From NCBI GenBank assembly GCA_029934195.1, contig JAOZMQ010000002.1:1-32510 (forward strand): a DNA stretch of 32,510 nucleotides, given 5' to 3'. This DNA is from Candidatus Cloacimonadota bacterium (lineage in GTDB: Bacteria > Cloacimonadota > Cloacimonadia > Cloacimonadales > JAOZMQ01). Shown piece by piece: positions 9,075 through 17,597 of the stretch. How positions within the stretch are numbered: the first letter of the stretch is position 1; the number at the start of each line of letters is the position of its first letter. The translations under genes were made by a program, and so were the position numbers. A model generated the notes under the pieces. The model was given only the letters and a program-made list of their open reading frames with translations. It ran no database searches and was not told the origin of the DNA.

Positions 9075-10349
9075 TTACTCATCAATCAAAATTTCTACAT
9101 ATTTTTCTTTCATTAAATCTTTCATCCATTTTTCATAAAGATCAATTTGTTTTTCATTTGTAACAATTTCTCTCAATTTATTTTCAATCTCAGAATATAT
9201 GTATTTTCTTTCAGGAATTTTTTCAATTTTTGTGAAAATATATAGAAGATCTTGTTCTCTAATAACTTGTGAATATTCTTTATAATTAAGTGGCTCAATA
9301 TAAGATTTAAACATCTCTGGATAATCATCTTTTTCATATTCTCCAATAACACCACCAATAACTGCTGATGAATCGTCTTCTGAATAAGTCTTAGCTATTT
9401 CAGCAAAATCTTCACCTGCAATAAGTTTTTCTCTAATATTATCCATCAATTGCAATTCAGCTTTAATATCTATTTCCGATGGTACAACCATTTTTAAGAT
9501 ATGACGAACTCTTATTTCACCATCATCATTTTTTTCTTCCATTTTGATAATATGATATCCAAATTGTGTCTCTACAATCTCACTTATTTCTCCGGGTCTT
9601 AAAGAAAAAGCTGCATCTTCAAATGGTTTTACCATCTGACCTTTACCAAAAAATCCAAGATCTCCACCAACTTTACTACTACTGCAATCACTAAATTCTT
9701 GAGCAAGTTTACTAAAATCTTTACCACTAATAACTTTATTCATAATATCTGTAATTTCAAGAAATATTTTCTTTTTAGTTTCTTTACTTGCTTTAATACT
9801 GCGGTTTATCATTCCAAGTTTATCCATTTCCGGTCGAAGTGGAAATGAATCAATTTTTTCATCATAATATTCTTCAATTTCAGCTTCTGTAATATGAATT
9901 TTACTCTTAATTTCTTTTTGAATTATTTGATCTTTTAATCGTTGTTCAGTAAGACCCTTTTCATAGAATTTTCTTAATTCAAACATGTTTAAATTACTTT
10001 TTTGCAATTCTTTTCTAAAATCTGACTCAGAAGGATATTTTTCAATCATTGATTTTATTTGTTTATCAGCAAGTGATTTTATTTTTATTTCATCAACTAC
10101 AAATTCTTCATCTTTAGCTTTTTGAACAATTAATTTTGATTCAATCATTTGGTTTAAAACATCAAGATTTGTAATATTTGGAGTCAACATACCAGAACCT
10201 TTCATTTGAATCATTTGATTTTTTAAATCACTCTCAAGAATAATTTCTCTACCAACACGAGCAATTATTTTATCTAATATTTCTGAAAATAAATTATTAT
10301 AAGATATAACAATTATAAATAGAATTAATACTTTTCTTATATTTTTCAT
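9075..10349 (-). CDS. surA: Periplasmic chaperone / peptidyl-prolyl isomerase, SurA-like (N-terminal chaperone domain plus parvulin domains)
   Basis: 424 aa with a signal peptide and a SurA-type N-domain (IIARVGREIILESDL). One good parvulin domain is present (GGDLGFFGKGQMVKPFEDAAFSLRPGEISEIVETQFGYHIIK). A second, degenerate parvulin-like domain follows (EDFAEIAKTYSEDDSSAVIGGVIGEY). Confidence 0.75.
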   Translation of the reverse strand: MKNIRKVLILFIIVISYNNLFSEILDKIIARVGREIILESDLKNQMIQMKGSGMLTPNITNLDVLNQMIESKLIVQKAKDEEFVVDEIKIKSLADKQIKSMIEKYPSESDFRKELQKSNLNMFELRKFYEKGLTEQRLKDQIIQKEIKSKIHITEAEIEEYYDEKIDSFPLRPEMDKLGMINRSIKASKETKKKIFLEITDIMNKVISGKDFSKLAQEFSDCSSSKVGGDLGFFGKGQMVKPFEDAAFSLRPGEISEIVETQFGYHIIKMEEKNDDGEIRVRHILKMVVPSEIDIKAELQLMDNIREKLIAGEDFAEIAKTYSEDDSSAVIGGVIGEYEKDDYPEMFKSYIEPLNYKEYSQVIREQDLLYIFTKIEKIPERKYIYSEIENKLREIVTNEKQIDLYEKWMKDLMKEKYVEILIDE

Positions 10350-10360
10350 TTTTTTTACCT

Positions 10361-11173
10361 CTAAATTGAAATTGATATTGTAGATTTACTTTTTACTTCT
10401 TTGAGCAAACTATCATAAATTTGTTCTTTTTTTTTTTGAATAAGAATTGTATTGATAATATCTTTTACTTCATCAAAATTCTTTTCAACCTTTCTTTTTC
10501 TTGTTTCATAATATCGTATAATATAATATCCGTTATTATCTTCAACTACTATTTGTTGCCATTTTTTTACTTTGAGTAATTTATTAAATGCTTTATTACC
10601 AAGTTGTTTGCGAGTTTGAAATCCAATCCATCCTCCACTTTTTCCAATTTTTTCTTTTGAATATTCCTTTGCAGCATCGACAAATTTCATTCCATCTTTC
10701 AAAGCATTTAATACATTTTCAAGTACTTCTTTTTTCTTTAAATATATTCTCTGGATTTTAAATTCATTTTCTTCTTTTTGATATTTACTTTTATGTAATC
10801 TATAATATTCAAAAAGTTCTTTTTCTGATGTTTTTACTTCTGATATTTTTTGAGAAATTAAAGCATTGGTTTTAATTTTCATTATAGCTGATTTAATGCG
10901 TGATTTAATAACAGGTGAATCTGAGAATTTTAATAAATCAGATTCTTGACTAAGAACAGTTAAATTAATCCATTCATTAACAAATTTTCTTTTCTTTTCT
11001 ATTGTAATATTTTTCCATTCTTCTTCAGTAAAATTTCCCTTTAATTCATTCAAAGTTAATTTTGAGTCATTTACTTGAGCAATAATTACTTCGTTAATTG
11101 TTTCCTTTTTTTCATTTTTACAACCAAAAATAGCAAATATGAATAAAAGTAATATTAGAATATTTTTTTTCAT
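10361..11173 (-). CDS. PPIase-like (degenerate parvulin, SurA-N/PrsA-like) lipoprotein
   Basis: 270 aa with a lipobox (FAIFGC). A SurA_N-like segment (IAQVNDSKLTLNELK) is present. The C-terminal parvulin-like segment is weakly conserved (FVDAAKEYSKEKIGKSGGWIGFQ...NGYYIIRY). Confidence 0.55.
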   Translation of the reverse strand: MKKNILILLLFIFAIFGCKNEKKETINEVIIAQVNDSKLTLNELKGNFTEEEWKNITIEKKRKFVNEWINLTVLSQESDLLKFSDSPVIKSRIKSAIMKIKTNALISQKISEVKTSEKELFEYYRLHKSKYQKEENEFKIQRIYLKKKEVLENVLNALKDGMKFVDAAKEYSKEKIGKSGGWIGFQTRKQLGNKAFNKLLKVKKWQQIVVEDNNGYYIIRYYETRKRKVEKNFDEVKDIINTILIQKKKEQIYDSLLKEVKSKSTISISI

Positions 11174-11197
11174 TTTTCCTCTCGTATTAGTTTTGGT

Positions 11198-12487
11198 TTA
11201 ATCCATAAAAATTGGAATTGTAAAAGTAATATTCAATTCCGGTTTCTTTCCGATTCCAGCTGTATCATCATAGAATTTTAAAAACTGAAAATCTTTATTT
11301 TCATTCAAGGATTTAATTAAAAATCCATAATTATTTTTATATTCATTACCATCACTATCAATATATTCACTTACAATTGCTTGTACAAAAGAAGTAACAT
11401 TGATAGTAATATATTCTAAATCTGTTTGTGATATTGATTCAGAATTATCACTAAAATATCTGTAAACAATATCGTCATCTTCATTTTGCAATGGTAAAGA
11501 AGGATTATCTTTTAGTAATATATACGACCAACAACTTGATTCTGTTCGCGGATGAATAGACTCTTCCATATTTATATATAATTTAAGTTCTGCTTTATTT
11601 ATATTTGCTTTTCTTACTTGAGAAGAATCATAAAAAATTTCTTCTATTTCTAAATCAGTTTCTTGTGCTATTCTCAAAAAAGTACTATCAGATAAATCAA
11701 ATTTTATAACCATTCTTGTTGGAGAAAGGTCTGTCAAAATTAATTCTTCTTTTTTTTCAAAATTGTAATTAGTATTTGAAATAAAAGTGTCATAAAAAGT
11801 TATTCCTGAATATTCTAAAATATCATCAGATCCATTTATTTTATACGAAAATGAAATTGTTGGTGAATAATTTGTATATTCTGAAGATTTAACTTCAATA
11901 AATTTATCAATATTATCAGAAAATAAAATTAATCCAAAATTTTCATCACTATTAGAACACCATTTTTCAATAAATGATTCTGGAATTGGAATTAATAAAG
12001 AATCATCTGTAGTAACCTCAAATTCCCAACTGTCTTCTAATTCAAAACTTCCACCTGCTAAACTCCACATTGAAGTATCGTTATCTGTTTTTTCCCAAGT
12101 AACATAAGATTCTATCCATTCTTGAGTTATTAATCCAATTTTGAATTTCAAGTTTTCGCACAAATTTTTATCTTTTTCATAACCTTCTTTGAAATTAGTA
12201 TAAATTTTCAAAATAGGAGTTGATTCTATAGAAATACTATCTGTAGGAAATTCTGTACTTTTAAATAAAGCTCGTGATTGAACTTTTCCAAAATTTCCAA
12301 TCATAATTTTATCATTTGCTGAATTATATTTAATACTATCTTCATAAGAATAGAATTCTAACAATTCAGTATTTTTAATTTCAATTACTTTTGAATTTTC
12401 GTCTTCATAACCGGTTGTATTCTTTTTTTGAGTACAACTAATTACTATTAAAACAGTGGATAAAATTAGTAAAAATCTTCTTATCAT
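11198..12487 (-). CDS. Hypothetical secreted lipoprotein (possible DNRLRE-like carbohydrate-binding-type domain)
   Basis: 429-aa ORF with a lipoprotein signal (LIVISC) and an AGAGGT SD upstream of the ATG. The only motif I recognise is a W.E..VTW-type segment (QEWIESYVTWEKTD) resembling DNRLRE-domain proteins. Function is unknown. Confidence 0.6.
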   Translation of the reverse strand: MIRRFLLILSTVLIVISCTQKKNTTGYEDENSKVIEIKNTELLEFYSYEDSIKYNSANDKIMIGNFGKVQSRALFKSTEFPTDSISIESTPILKIYTNFKEGYEKDKNLCENLKFKIGLITQEWIESYVTWEKTDNDTSMWSLAGGSFELEDSWEFEVTTDDSLLIPIPESFIEKWCSNSDENFGLILFSDNIDKFIEVKSSEYTNYSPTISFSYKINGSDDILEYSGITFYDTFISNTNYNFEKKEELILTDLSPTRMVIKFDLSDSTFLRIAQETDLEIEEIFYDSSQVRKANINKAELKLYINMEESIHPRTESSCWSYILLKDNPSLPLQNEDDDIVYRYFSDNSESISQTDLEYITINVTSFVQAIVSEYIDSDGNEYKNNYGFLIKSLNENKDFQFLKFYDDTAGIGKKPELNITFTIPIFMD

Positions 12488-12778
12488 AATAACCTCTATT
12501 AATATTTTTTTTAATAACTTATAAATATAGTAGTAATAGTAGGGTTTGTGTATATGGGTATAACCCTCTATATTAACACTTAACTCTTTTTTTTATTTGA
12601 TGTTACAAAAAATGAGTTTTAGTGGACAATTTGTGAAAATAATGTTAATAAAAATCTCTTTATACACTTGTGTCATTTTTGGATAATTTTAATTTCACTT
12701 ATCAACAATTATTGACATATGTTGATGTGTATAAGTGGATAACTTGTATATTCTTAGAATTTTCATTATTTTTTTTCG
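12488..12778. other. oriC segment downstream of dnaA: AT-rich stretch, DnaA-trio-like array, GC cluster and at least 8 DnaA-box-like 9-mers
   Basis: Non-coding 291 bp. These 9-mers lie within 1-2 mismatches of TTATCCACA/TGTGGATAA: TGTGTATAT 12547-12555, TGGGTATAA 12555-12563, AGTGGACAA 12621-12629, TTATACACT 12660-12668, TTTGGATAA 12678-12686, TTATCAACA 12699-12707, TGTGTATAA 12726-12734 and AGTGGATAA 12734-12742. Confidence 0.65.
12522..12544 (+). promoter_or_regulatory. DnaA-trio-like array (TAA ATA TAG TAG TAA TAG TAG) followed by a GGG cluster; candidate origin-unwinding element
   Basis: Five uninterrupted 5'-TAR-3' triplets occupy 12528-12542, which equals 3'-GAT/AAT-5' trios. They are followed directly by GGG and two box-like 9-mers. 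They are preceded by 31 nt (12497-12527) containing a single G/C. Confidence 0.5.
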
Positions 12779-14110
12779 TTAACCTTTGATGTTTTTTATT
12801 AGAGTTTCAATTTGAATTCTAAATTTATTATCATTTCTAAATTGATTATCTATTGTTTTTTTTGCGTGTAAAACAGTTGTATGGTCTTTTCGTTTATAAT
12901 ATAAAGCAATTTCTTTAAGTGAAATTTGTGGAATTAACAAATTTGAAAGGTACATTGCGATTTGTCTTGGAAAAGCAATATTTTTTTTCCTCGTTTTATC
13001 GAAAATTTGTGCAGGTGTTATATTATATGCGTTACAAACTTTTTGTAAAATAGTATTAAGGTTGATTTCTCTTACTTTATCAGAAATAATATCCATCAAA
13101 ATTTCTTGTGCCATATCTGTTGTTATATCTAAAGTTGCAAGATTATTATAAGATGCATAAGCAAGTATCCTTATTAATGATCCTTCTAATGTTCTAATAT
13201 TACTTGAAATATGTTCAGAAATAAATTCAATAACAGATTCTCTTAAAATGATATTTTCTGTGTCTGCTTTTTTCTTTAAAATAGCCATTCTGGTTTCGAG
13301 ATCTGGACTTTTAAGATCGGCAAGAAGTCCCCATTCGAAGCGAGTTACAAGTCTTTTTTCTAAACCTTGAATATCTTTTGGTGCCCGATCACTTGTCATA
13401 ACTATTTGTTTTTTACTATTATAAAGAGCATTAAATGTATGAAAGAATTCTTCTTGTGTACCTTCTTTTTTGGCTAAAAAATGAATATCGTCAATCAGAA
13501 GAAGATCAATTTTTCGATATTTATCTTTAAATTTTGACATTGAATTTGTACGAAGAGAATTTATCATTTCATTTGTAAATTCTTCAGCAGCTGTATAATA
13601 TACATTCAGATTTGTTTTTTCTTCAATTGCAAAATGTCCAATCGCTTGCATCAAATGAGTTTTACCCATACCTGACTCTCCATAAATAAATAATGGATTA
13701 TAAGTTGTACCCGGAGATTCAGCAACAGCCATTGATGCAGAATGAGCAAAATTATTACTTTTACCAACAACAAATTCTTCAAAAGTATATTTTTGATTCA
13801 ATTTTGGTTGCAATGAAGAATAATTTCTTTTTTCAGTAAAAGCGTCAATTTTAGTTTTTTCTCGAATAACCGGTTTACTTGTAAATCTTATTAAATATTT
13901 TTTTTGGTATAATCCGTAAGAAATTTCAGATAAGAGAATAGTATAATTTTGATTTAAGTAATCAGCAGCAAATTTTGTTGGAACTTTAATAGTTAAATTA
14001 TCACTTTCGATCATTATCAATTGAGTTTCACTAAACCATGTTTTAAAACTTTGCTCATTAATATGTTCTTCTAATTTATCTAATATGTTATTCCAAATAT
14101 CTTGATCCAT
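12779..14110 (-). CDS. dnaA: Chromosomal replication initiator protein DnaA
   Basis: 443 aa. Motifs: AAA+ Walker A GESGMGKTHLMQAIGH, Walker B LLLIDDIHFL, sensor region MTSDRAPKDI, and the domain IV DNA-binding signature KRKDHTTVLHA. Confidence 0.95.
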   Translation of the reverse strand: MDQDIWNNILDKLEEHINEQSFKTWFSETQLIMIESDNLTIKVPTKFAADYLNQNYTILLSEISYGLYQKKYLIRFTSKPVIREKTKIDAFTEKRNYSSLQPKLNQKYTFEEFVVGKSNNFAHSASMAVAESPGTTYNPLFIYGESGMGKTHLMQAIGHFAIEEKTNLNVYYTAAEEFTNEMINSLRTNSMSKFKDKYRKIDLLLIDDIHFLAKKEGTQEEFFHTFNALYNSKKQIVMTSDRAPKDIQGLEKRLVTRFEWGLLADLKSPDLETRMAILKKKADTENIILRESVIEFISEHISSNIRTLEGSLIRILAYASYNNLATLDITTDMAQEILMDIISDKVREINLNTILQKVCNAYNITPAQIFDKTRKKNIAFPRQIAMYLSNLLIPQISLKEIALYYKRKDHTTVLHAKKTIDNQFRNDNKFRIQIETLIKNIKG

Positions 14111-14934
14111 ATATAATCCTTAAAAATAATATTTTTTTATACACATAATTATCCACAATGAAAACTAAAATGAAAAACATAGTTAATTGTAAATATAAGA
14201 ATAAGATAAAGTAGTTATCTTGTTCTGTTTATAAAAAGTTATTCACTTTTCTTATAAACATAATTCACATGTAAATTTCATCAAAATTTGAACCTCTCTT
14301 TTATTTGTCAAGTGACAAAAATTGAAATATTTTAATAAAGAGAATTTTATAACTTATTTGTTTATATACATTTAATATATAGAATTTAAAAGACTCGTAT
14401 TTAAAAAAAAAAGGTTAAATTATTAATAATAAAAGAGATATAAGATTTAATCAATTGTATTTTTTTTATAATATAACCAATAATAAAAATGAATGTAATT
14501 ATCTGAAAATTAAAAACTTCATAAAAAAAAATATTTTTATTATTCTTCAAATAAATATTTTTAATAATATTTTACTATAACTTTTTGATAATAATTACAG
14601 ATAATTAATAATGAAATACTTATGTTTGTGGGATTTTTAATTAATCTTTTATTTATTATTGTATAAAAAAGAAATAGAAATAATATTAGATAAGATTCTA
14701 TATGTGAGAATGTTACAAAATTTTAGGTGGATATTAATAAATTAAACAATAATACATTATTTAAAAACAAGTTTATATTTGACAAAAAAGACTGAATAAA
14801 GATGTTACCTATCAAAAAAAAATGAATACTTTGAGCCCATTATTAAAAACTGAAAAGTGTAAAATTATAGAGACAAGTAAATAATTTTTAGCATTAATAT
14901 TTTTTTAGAATGACTTATATTATTTATTGAAAAA
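14111..14934. other. 824-bp ORF-free, extremely AT-rich spacer upstream of dnaA; oriC segment and divergent promoter region
   Basis: No ORF of 60 aa or more on either strand. Besides the box pair there are weaker boxes: TTATTCACT 14239-14247, TTATAAACA 14252-14260, TAATTCACA 14261-14269 and GGTGGATAT 14726-14734. The 60-nt line 14521-14580 contains only 3 G/C. Gene orientation diverges on either side of this spacer. Confidence 0.55.
14137..14157 (+). promoter_or_regulatory. Tandem DnaA-box pair (TTATACACA, 3 nt spacer, TTATCCACA) in the dnaA leader/promoter
   Basis: A perfect consensus box lies at 14149-14157 and a 1-mismatch box at 14137-14145, in the same orientation. They sit 27-47 nt upstream of the dnaA ATG, which fits both origin function and dnaA autoregulation. 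Confidence 0.8.
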
Positions 14935-15729
14935 ATGGAGAATAAAATGTTAGATAAAAAGAACAGAAAACATATAAAGAGATGTAAATCTTGTGCATCT
15001 GAAATTGGTGAATATGATATTTTTTGTAAAAAATGTGGTGAAGATGCAAAGATTATAAAAAAATATTTTTCAGCAAAGATAAATATAAAAGAATCTTGGG
15101 AAATCTTTAAAGAAATTAAAAGTAGTTTCTATTCTTTATCGATATTTTATATTTTAGGGATTTTGCTTCCTTTGAGTATAGTTGTATTTTTCACTTACGA
15201 TAATTATTGGTTATTAAATTTTTCAATGATGTTAGTATTTCCTTTTGCGATGATACCATTTTCTTTTGAAGATAAAATTTTGAATGGAAGTGCAAAAATT
15301 AAAGATTATTTTATAAATTTGAAATTTTATCCAAAATTTTTCGGTTTTACTTTTGTAAATATTTTTTACTTTTTTATTTTAAAATTGATTTGTACTGGAG
15401 AACCATTTTTTATAGTAGCGAATGACCCTATTTTACATTTAGTGAGATCTGTAATGATTTTTTATTGGATTGCAATAATCTTACCTGTACCATCTCTGAT
15501 TATACGTAACAATGTAAATTTTTTAAAAGCATTTTATATAGCTTATAAAGTTGCTGAAACAAGATGGCAACAATATTTTATCTCAATGTTTTTACTATTA
15601 ATAAATTTTATAGGTTTATTAATAGCTGGTTTAGGTTTAGTTGTAACAATTCCGTTTAGTTTTTTTCTGTTGTCTTATTATGAAAAAAAATTGTATGATT
15701 GTAAACAATTTGAAAAATATTTAAAATAA
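14935..15729 (+). CDS. Zinc-ribbon-containing polytopic membrane protein, function unknown
   Basis: 264 aa. An N-terminal CxxC-x13-CxxC ribbon (CKSCASEIGEYDIFCKKCGED) is followed by about 5-6 hydrophobic helices. The ATG is preceded by an AT-rich leader, and a second in-frame ATG lies 4 codons downstream. Confidence 0.6.
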   Translation: MENKMLDKKNRKHIKRCKSCASEIGEYDIFCKKCGEDAKIIKKYFSAKINIKESWEIFKEIKSSFYSLSIFYILGILLPLSIVVFFTYDNYWLLNFSMMLVFPFAMIPFSFEDKILNGSAKIKDYFINLKFYPKFFGFTFVNIFYFFILKLICTGEPFFIVANDPILHLVRSVMIFYWIAIILPVPSLIIRNNVNFLKAFYIAYKVAETRWQQYFISMFLLLINFIGLLIAGLGLVVTIPFSFFLLSYYEKKLYDCKQFEKYLK

Positions 15730-15800
15730 AAAATAAATTTATAGATATAACTAATGAAACAACAACGATTTAAACCTTTGGAATTCTCCATAAAGAATCT

Positions 15801-15829
15801 TTAGAATTATACAATTATACAGATAATAT
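15801..15829 (+). promoter_or_regulatory. Candidate sigma70-like promoter for the ABC operon (-35 TTAGAA, 17-nt spacer, -10 TAATAT)
   Basis: The hexamers and spacing were read directly from the sequence. The -10 lies about 22 nt before the ATG at 15852, with AAGG SD-like bases in between. Chance matches are likely in DNA this AT-rich, and the promoter consensus of this lineage is unknown. Confidence 0.25.
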
Positions 15830-15851
15830 TTTGTATTAAGGTTGGTTAATA

Positions 15852-17597
15852 ATGAAAACTTTTAAAGAAGTTATTCCTTTTCTAAAAAGAAATATATATT
15901 TAATAATTATTGGAATTTTATTGATTATTATTGTTGATTTAGTACAATTAGAAGTACCAAGAATAATTCAAGAAGCAATTGATGGTCTTTCAAATGATGG
16001 ATTTACAAAAAATAATTTAAAAAATTCAGCATTGTTAATTTTAGGATTAACAGTTTTTATGACCACTTTACGTTTTTTTTGGAGATTAACACTATTAGGA
16101 TCAGCATGGACAATCGATAGAGATTTAAGAAAAAAATATTACAATCATTTGATGTATCTTTCTTCAAATTTTTTTAATAAACAAAAGACTGGCGATCTCA
16201 TGGCTTATGCTACAAACGATATGAATGCTATCAGAATGTTGATTGGTTTTGGGTTTGTAACCGGAGTTGATATAATTTTTCTTTCAATTATGACTATAAG
16301 AAAAATGATTATAATTGATTCTAAATTGACTTTATTTGCAATTATACCGCTTCCATTATTATCTTTAATTATAATGATTCTTGGAAAAAGAATTCATAAG
16401 AAATTTAATAAAGTACAAAAAACATTTTCAAATCTTTCTGGAATTGTTCAAGAAAGTATTTCTGGAATAAGAGTTGTTAAAGCATTTGTTCAAGAAGAAA
16501 AAGAATTAGAAAAAGTATCATCTTCTGCATATGATTATGTTAAAGAAAATATTGATTTAGTAAAAATTAATGCTATTTTTCACCCATCATTTATGTTAAT
16601 TATCGGTTTTAGTATGCTCATTGTTCTTGTATATGGGGGAGAAGCGACCATTGTTGGAAAAATTACAATGGGACAATTTATTGCTTTTTTTCAATATCTT
16701 GGAATGTTTATTTGGCCAATGATTGCAATTGGTTGGGTGGTAAATTTATATCAAAGAGGAACAGTTTCTTTAAAAAGATTGAATAAAATATTTGCAATAA
16801 AATCTGAAATAAATGATGATAATGCTGATTTTTCTCTAACAAAAATAAATGGAAAAATTAATATTAAAAATTTAAAATTTAAATATAAAGAAGATTCTCC
16901 AAATATCTTTAATGGAATTAATCTTGAAATAAAAGAAAATGAAACTCTGGCAATTGTTGGTAAAACCGGTTGTGGAAAAAGTACAATCATTGATTTATTA
17001 ACAAGAGTTTACAATCCTCCTAAAAATTCAATTTTCCTTGATGATAAAGATATTTATGATTTTCCATTACAAATTTTGCGAGAAAATCTTGTTATGGTTC
17101 CACAAGATATTTTTCTTTTTTCAGATACTATTGCAGGAAATATTAGTTTAGGTTATCCAAATGCTGATAGAAAATTAATAGAAGATGTTGCAAAAAAAGC
17201 AGAAGTTTATGAAGATATAATGGAATTTGAAAATGGTTTTGATACTATAATTGGTGAAAGAGGAGTTACGCTTTCAGGTGGACAAAAACAAAGAATTGCA
17301 ATTGCAAGAGCTTTTTTAAAAAATCCTAAAATCTTAATTTTAGATGATTCTTTATCAGCAATTGATACAAAGACAGAGACGAGAATATTAAAAAATCTTA
17401 TTGATTTAAGAGAAAATAAAACAACAATAATTATTGCTCATAGAATTTCTTCAATACAACATGCAAATAATATTATAGTTATTGGTGATGGAAAAATTAT
17501 TGAAAAAGGGAACCATACAGATTTATTAGAATTAAATGGAATTTATAGAGATTTATTTGAGAAACAACAAATTGAAGAGAAAATAAAGGAAATATAA
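15852..17597 (+). CDS. ABC exporter half-transporter (TMD-NBD, type IV fold, MsbA/multidrug-like), degenerate-site partner
   Basis: 581 aa with 6 TM helices. Walker A is GKTGCGKST and the signature LSGGQKQRIAIARA is canonical. Walker B is ILILDDS, with Asp in place of the catalytic Glu. The H-loop is IIIAHRIS. Confidence 0.9.
   Translation: MKTFKEVIPFLKRNIYLIIIGILLIIIVDLVQLEVPRIIQEAIDGLSNDGFTKNNLKNSALLILGLTVFMTTLRFFWRLTLLGSAWTIDRDLRKKYYNHLMYLSSNFFNKQKTGDLMAYATNDMNAIRMLIGFGFVTGVDIIFLSIMTIRKMIIIDSKLTLFAIIPLPLLSLIIMILGKRIHKKFNKVQKTFSNLSGIVQESISGIRVVKAFVQEEKELEKVSSSAYDYVKENIDLVKINAIFHPSFMLIIGFSMLIVLVYGGEATIVGKITMGQFIAFFQYLGMFIWPMIAIGWVVNLYQRGTVSLKRLNKIFAIKSEINDDNADFSLTKINGKINIKNLKFKYKEDSPNIFNGINLEIKENETLAIVGKTGCGKSTIIDLLTRVYNPPKNSIFLDDKDIYDFPLQILRENLVMVPQDIFLFSDTIAGNISLGYPNADRKLIEDVAKKAEVYEDIMEFENGFDTIIGERGVTLSGGQKQRIAIARAFLKNPKILILDDSLSAIDTKTETRILKNLIDLRENKTTIIIAHRISSIQHANNIIVIGDGKIIEKGNHTDLLELNGIYRDLFEKQQIEEKIKEI

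Noticed and set aside
12541-12567. Hairpin AGGGTT-N15-AACCCT as the dnaA transcription terminator
   Set aside because: It has a 15-nt loop and no adjacent U-tract on either strand. It coincides with the GC cluster and box-like 9-mers of the putative unwinding module. Its role is ambiguous, so I did not call it a terminator.
14195-14214. Purine-rich triplet run ATAAGAATAAGATAAAGTAG as a second DnaA-trio array
   Set aside because: It is not adjacent to a GC cluster or a DnaA box; the nearest strong box is about 40 nt away. No single register gives a consistent NAN/TAR pattern. It is much weaker than the array at 12528-12542.
14111-14934. Search for a hidden rpmH (L34) or other small gene, or a tRNA, in the long dnaA-upstream spacer
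   Set aside because: Short ATG-initiated frames terminate after about 20 codons or fewer (for example MNTLSPLLKTEKCKIIETSK at 14822-14884). None is Arg/Lys-rich like L34. The region is too G/C-poor to form tRNA-like stems.
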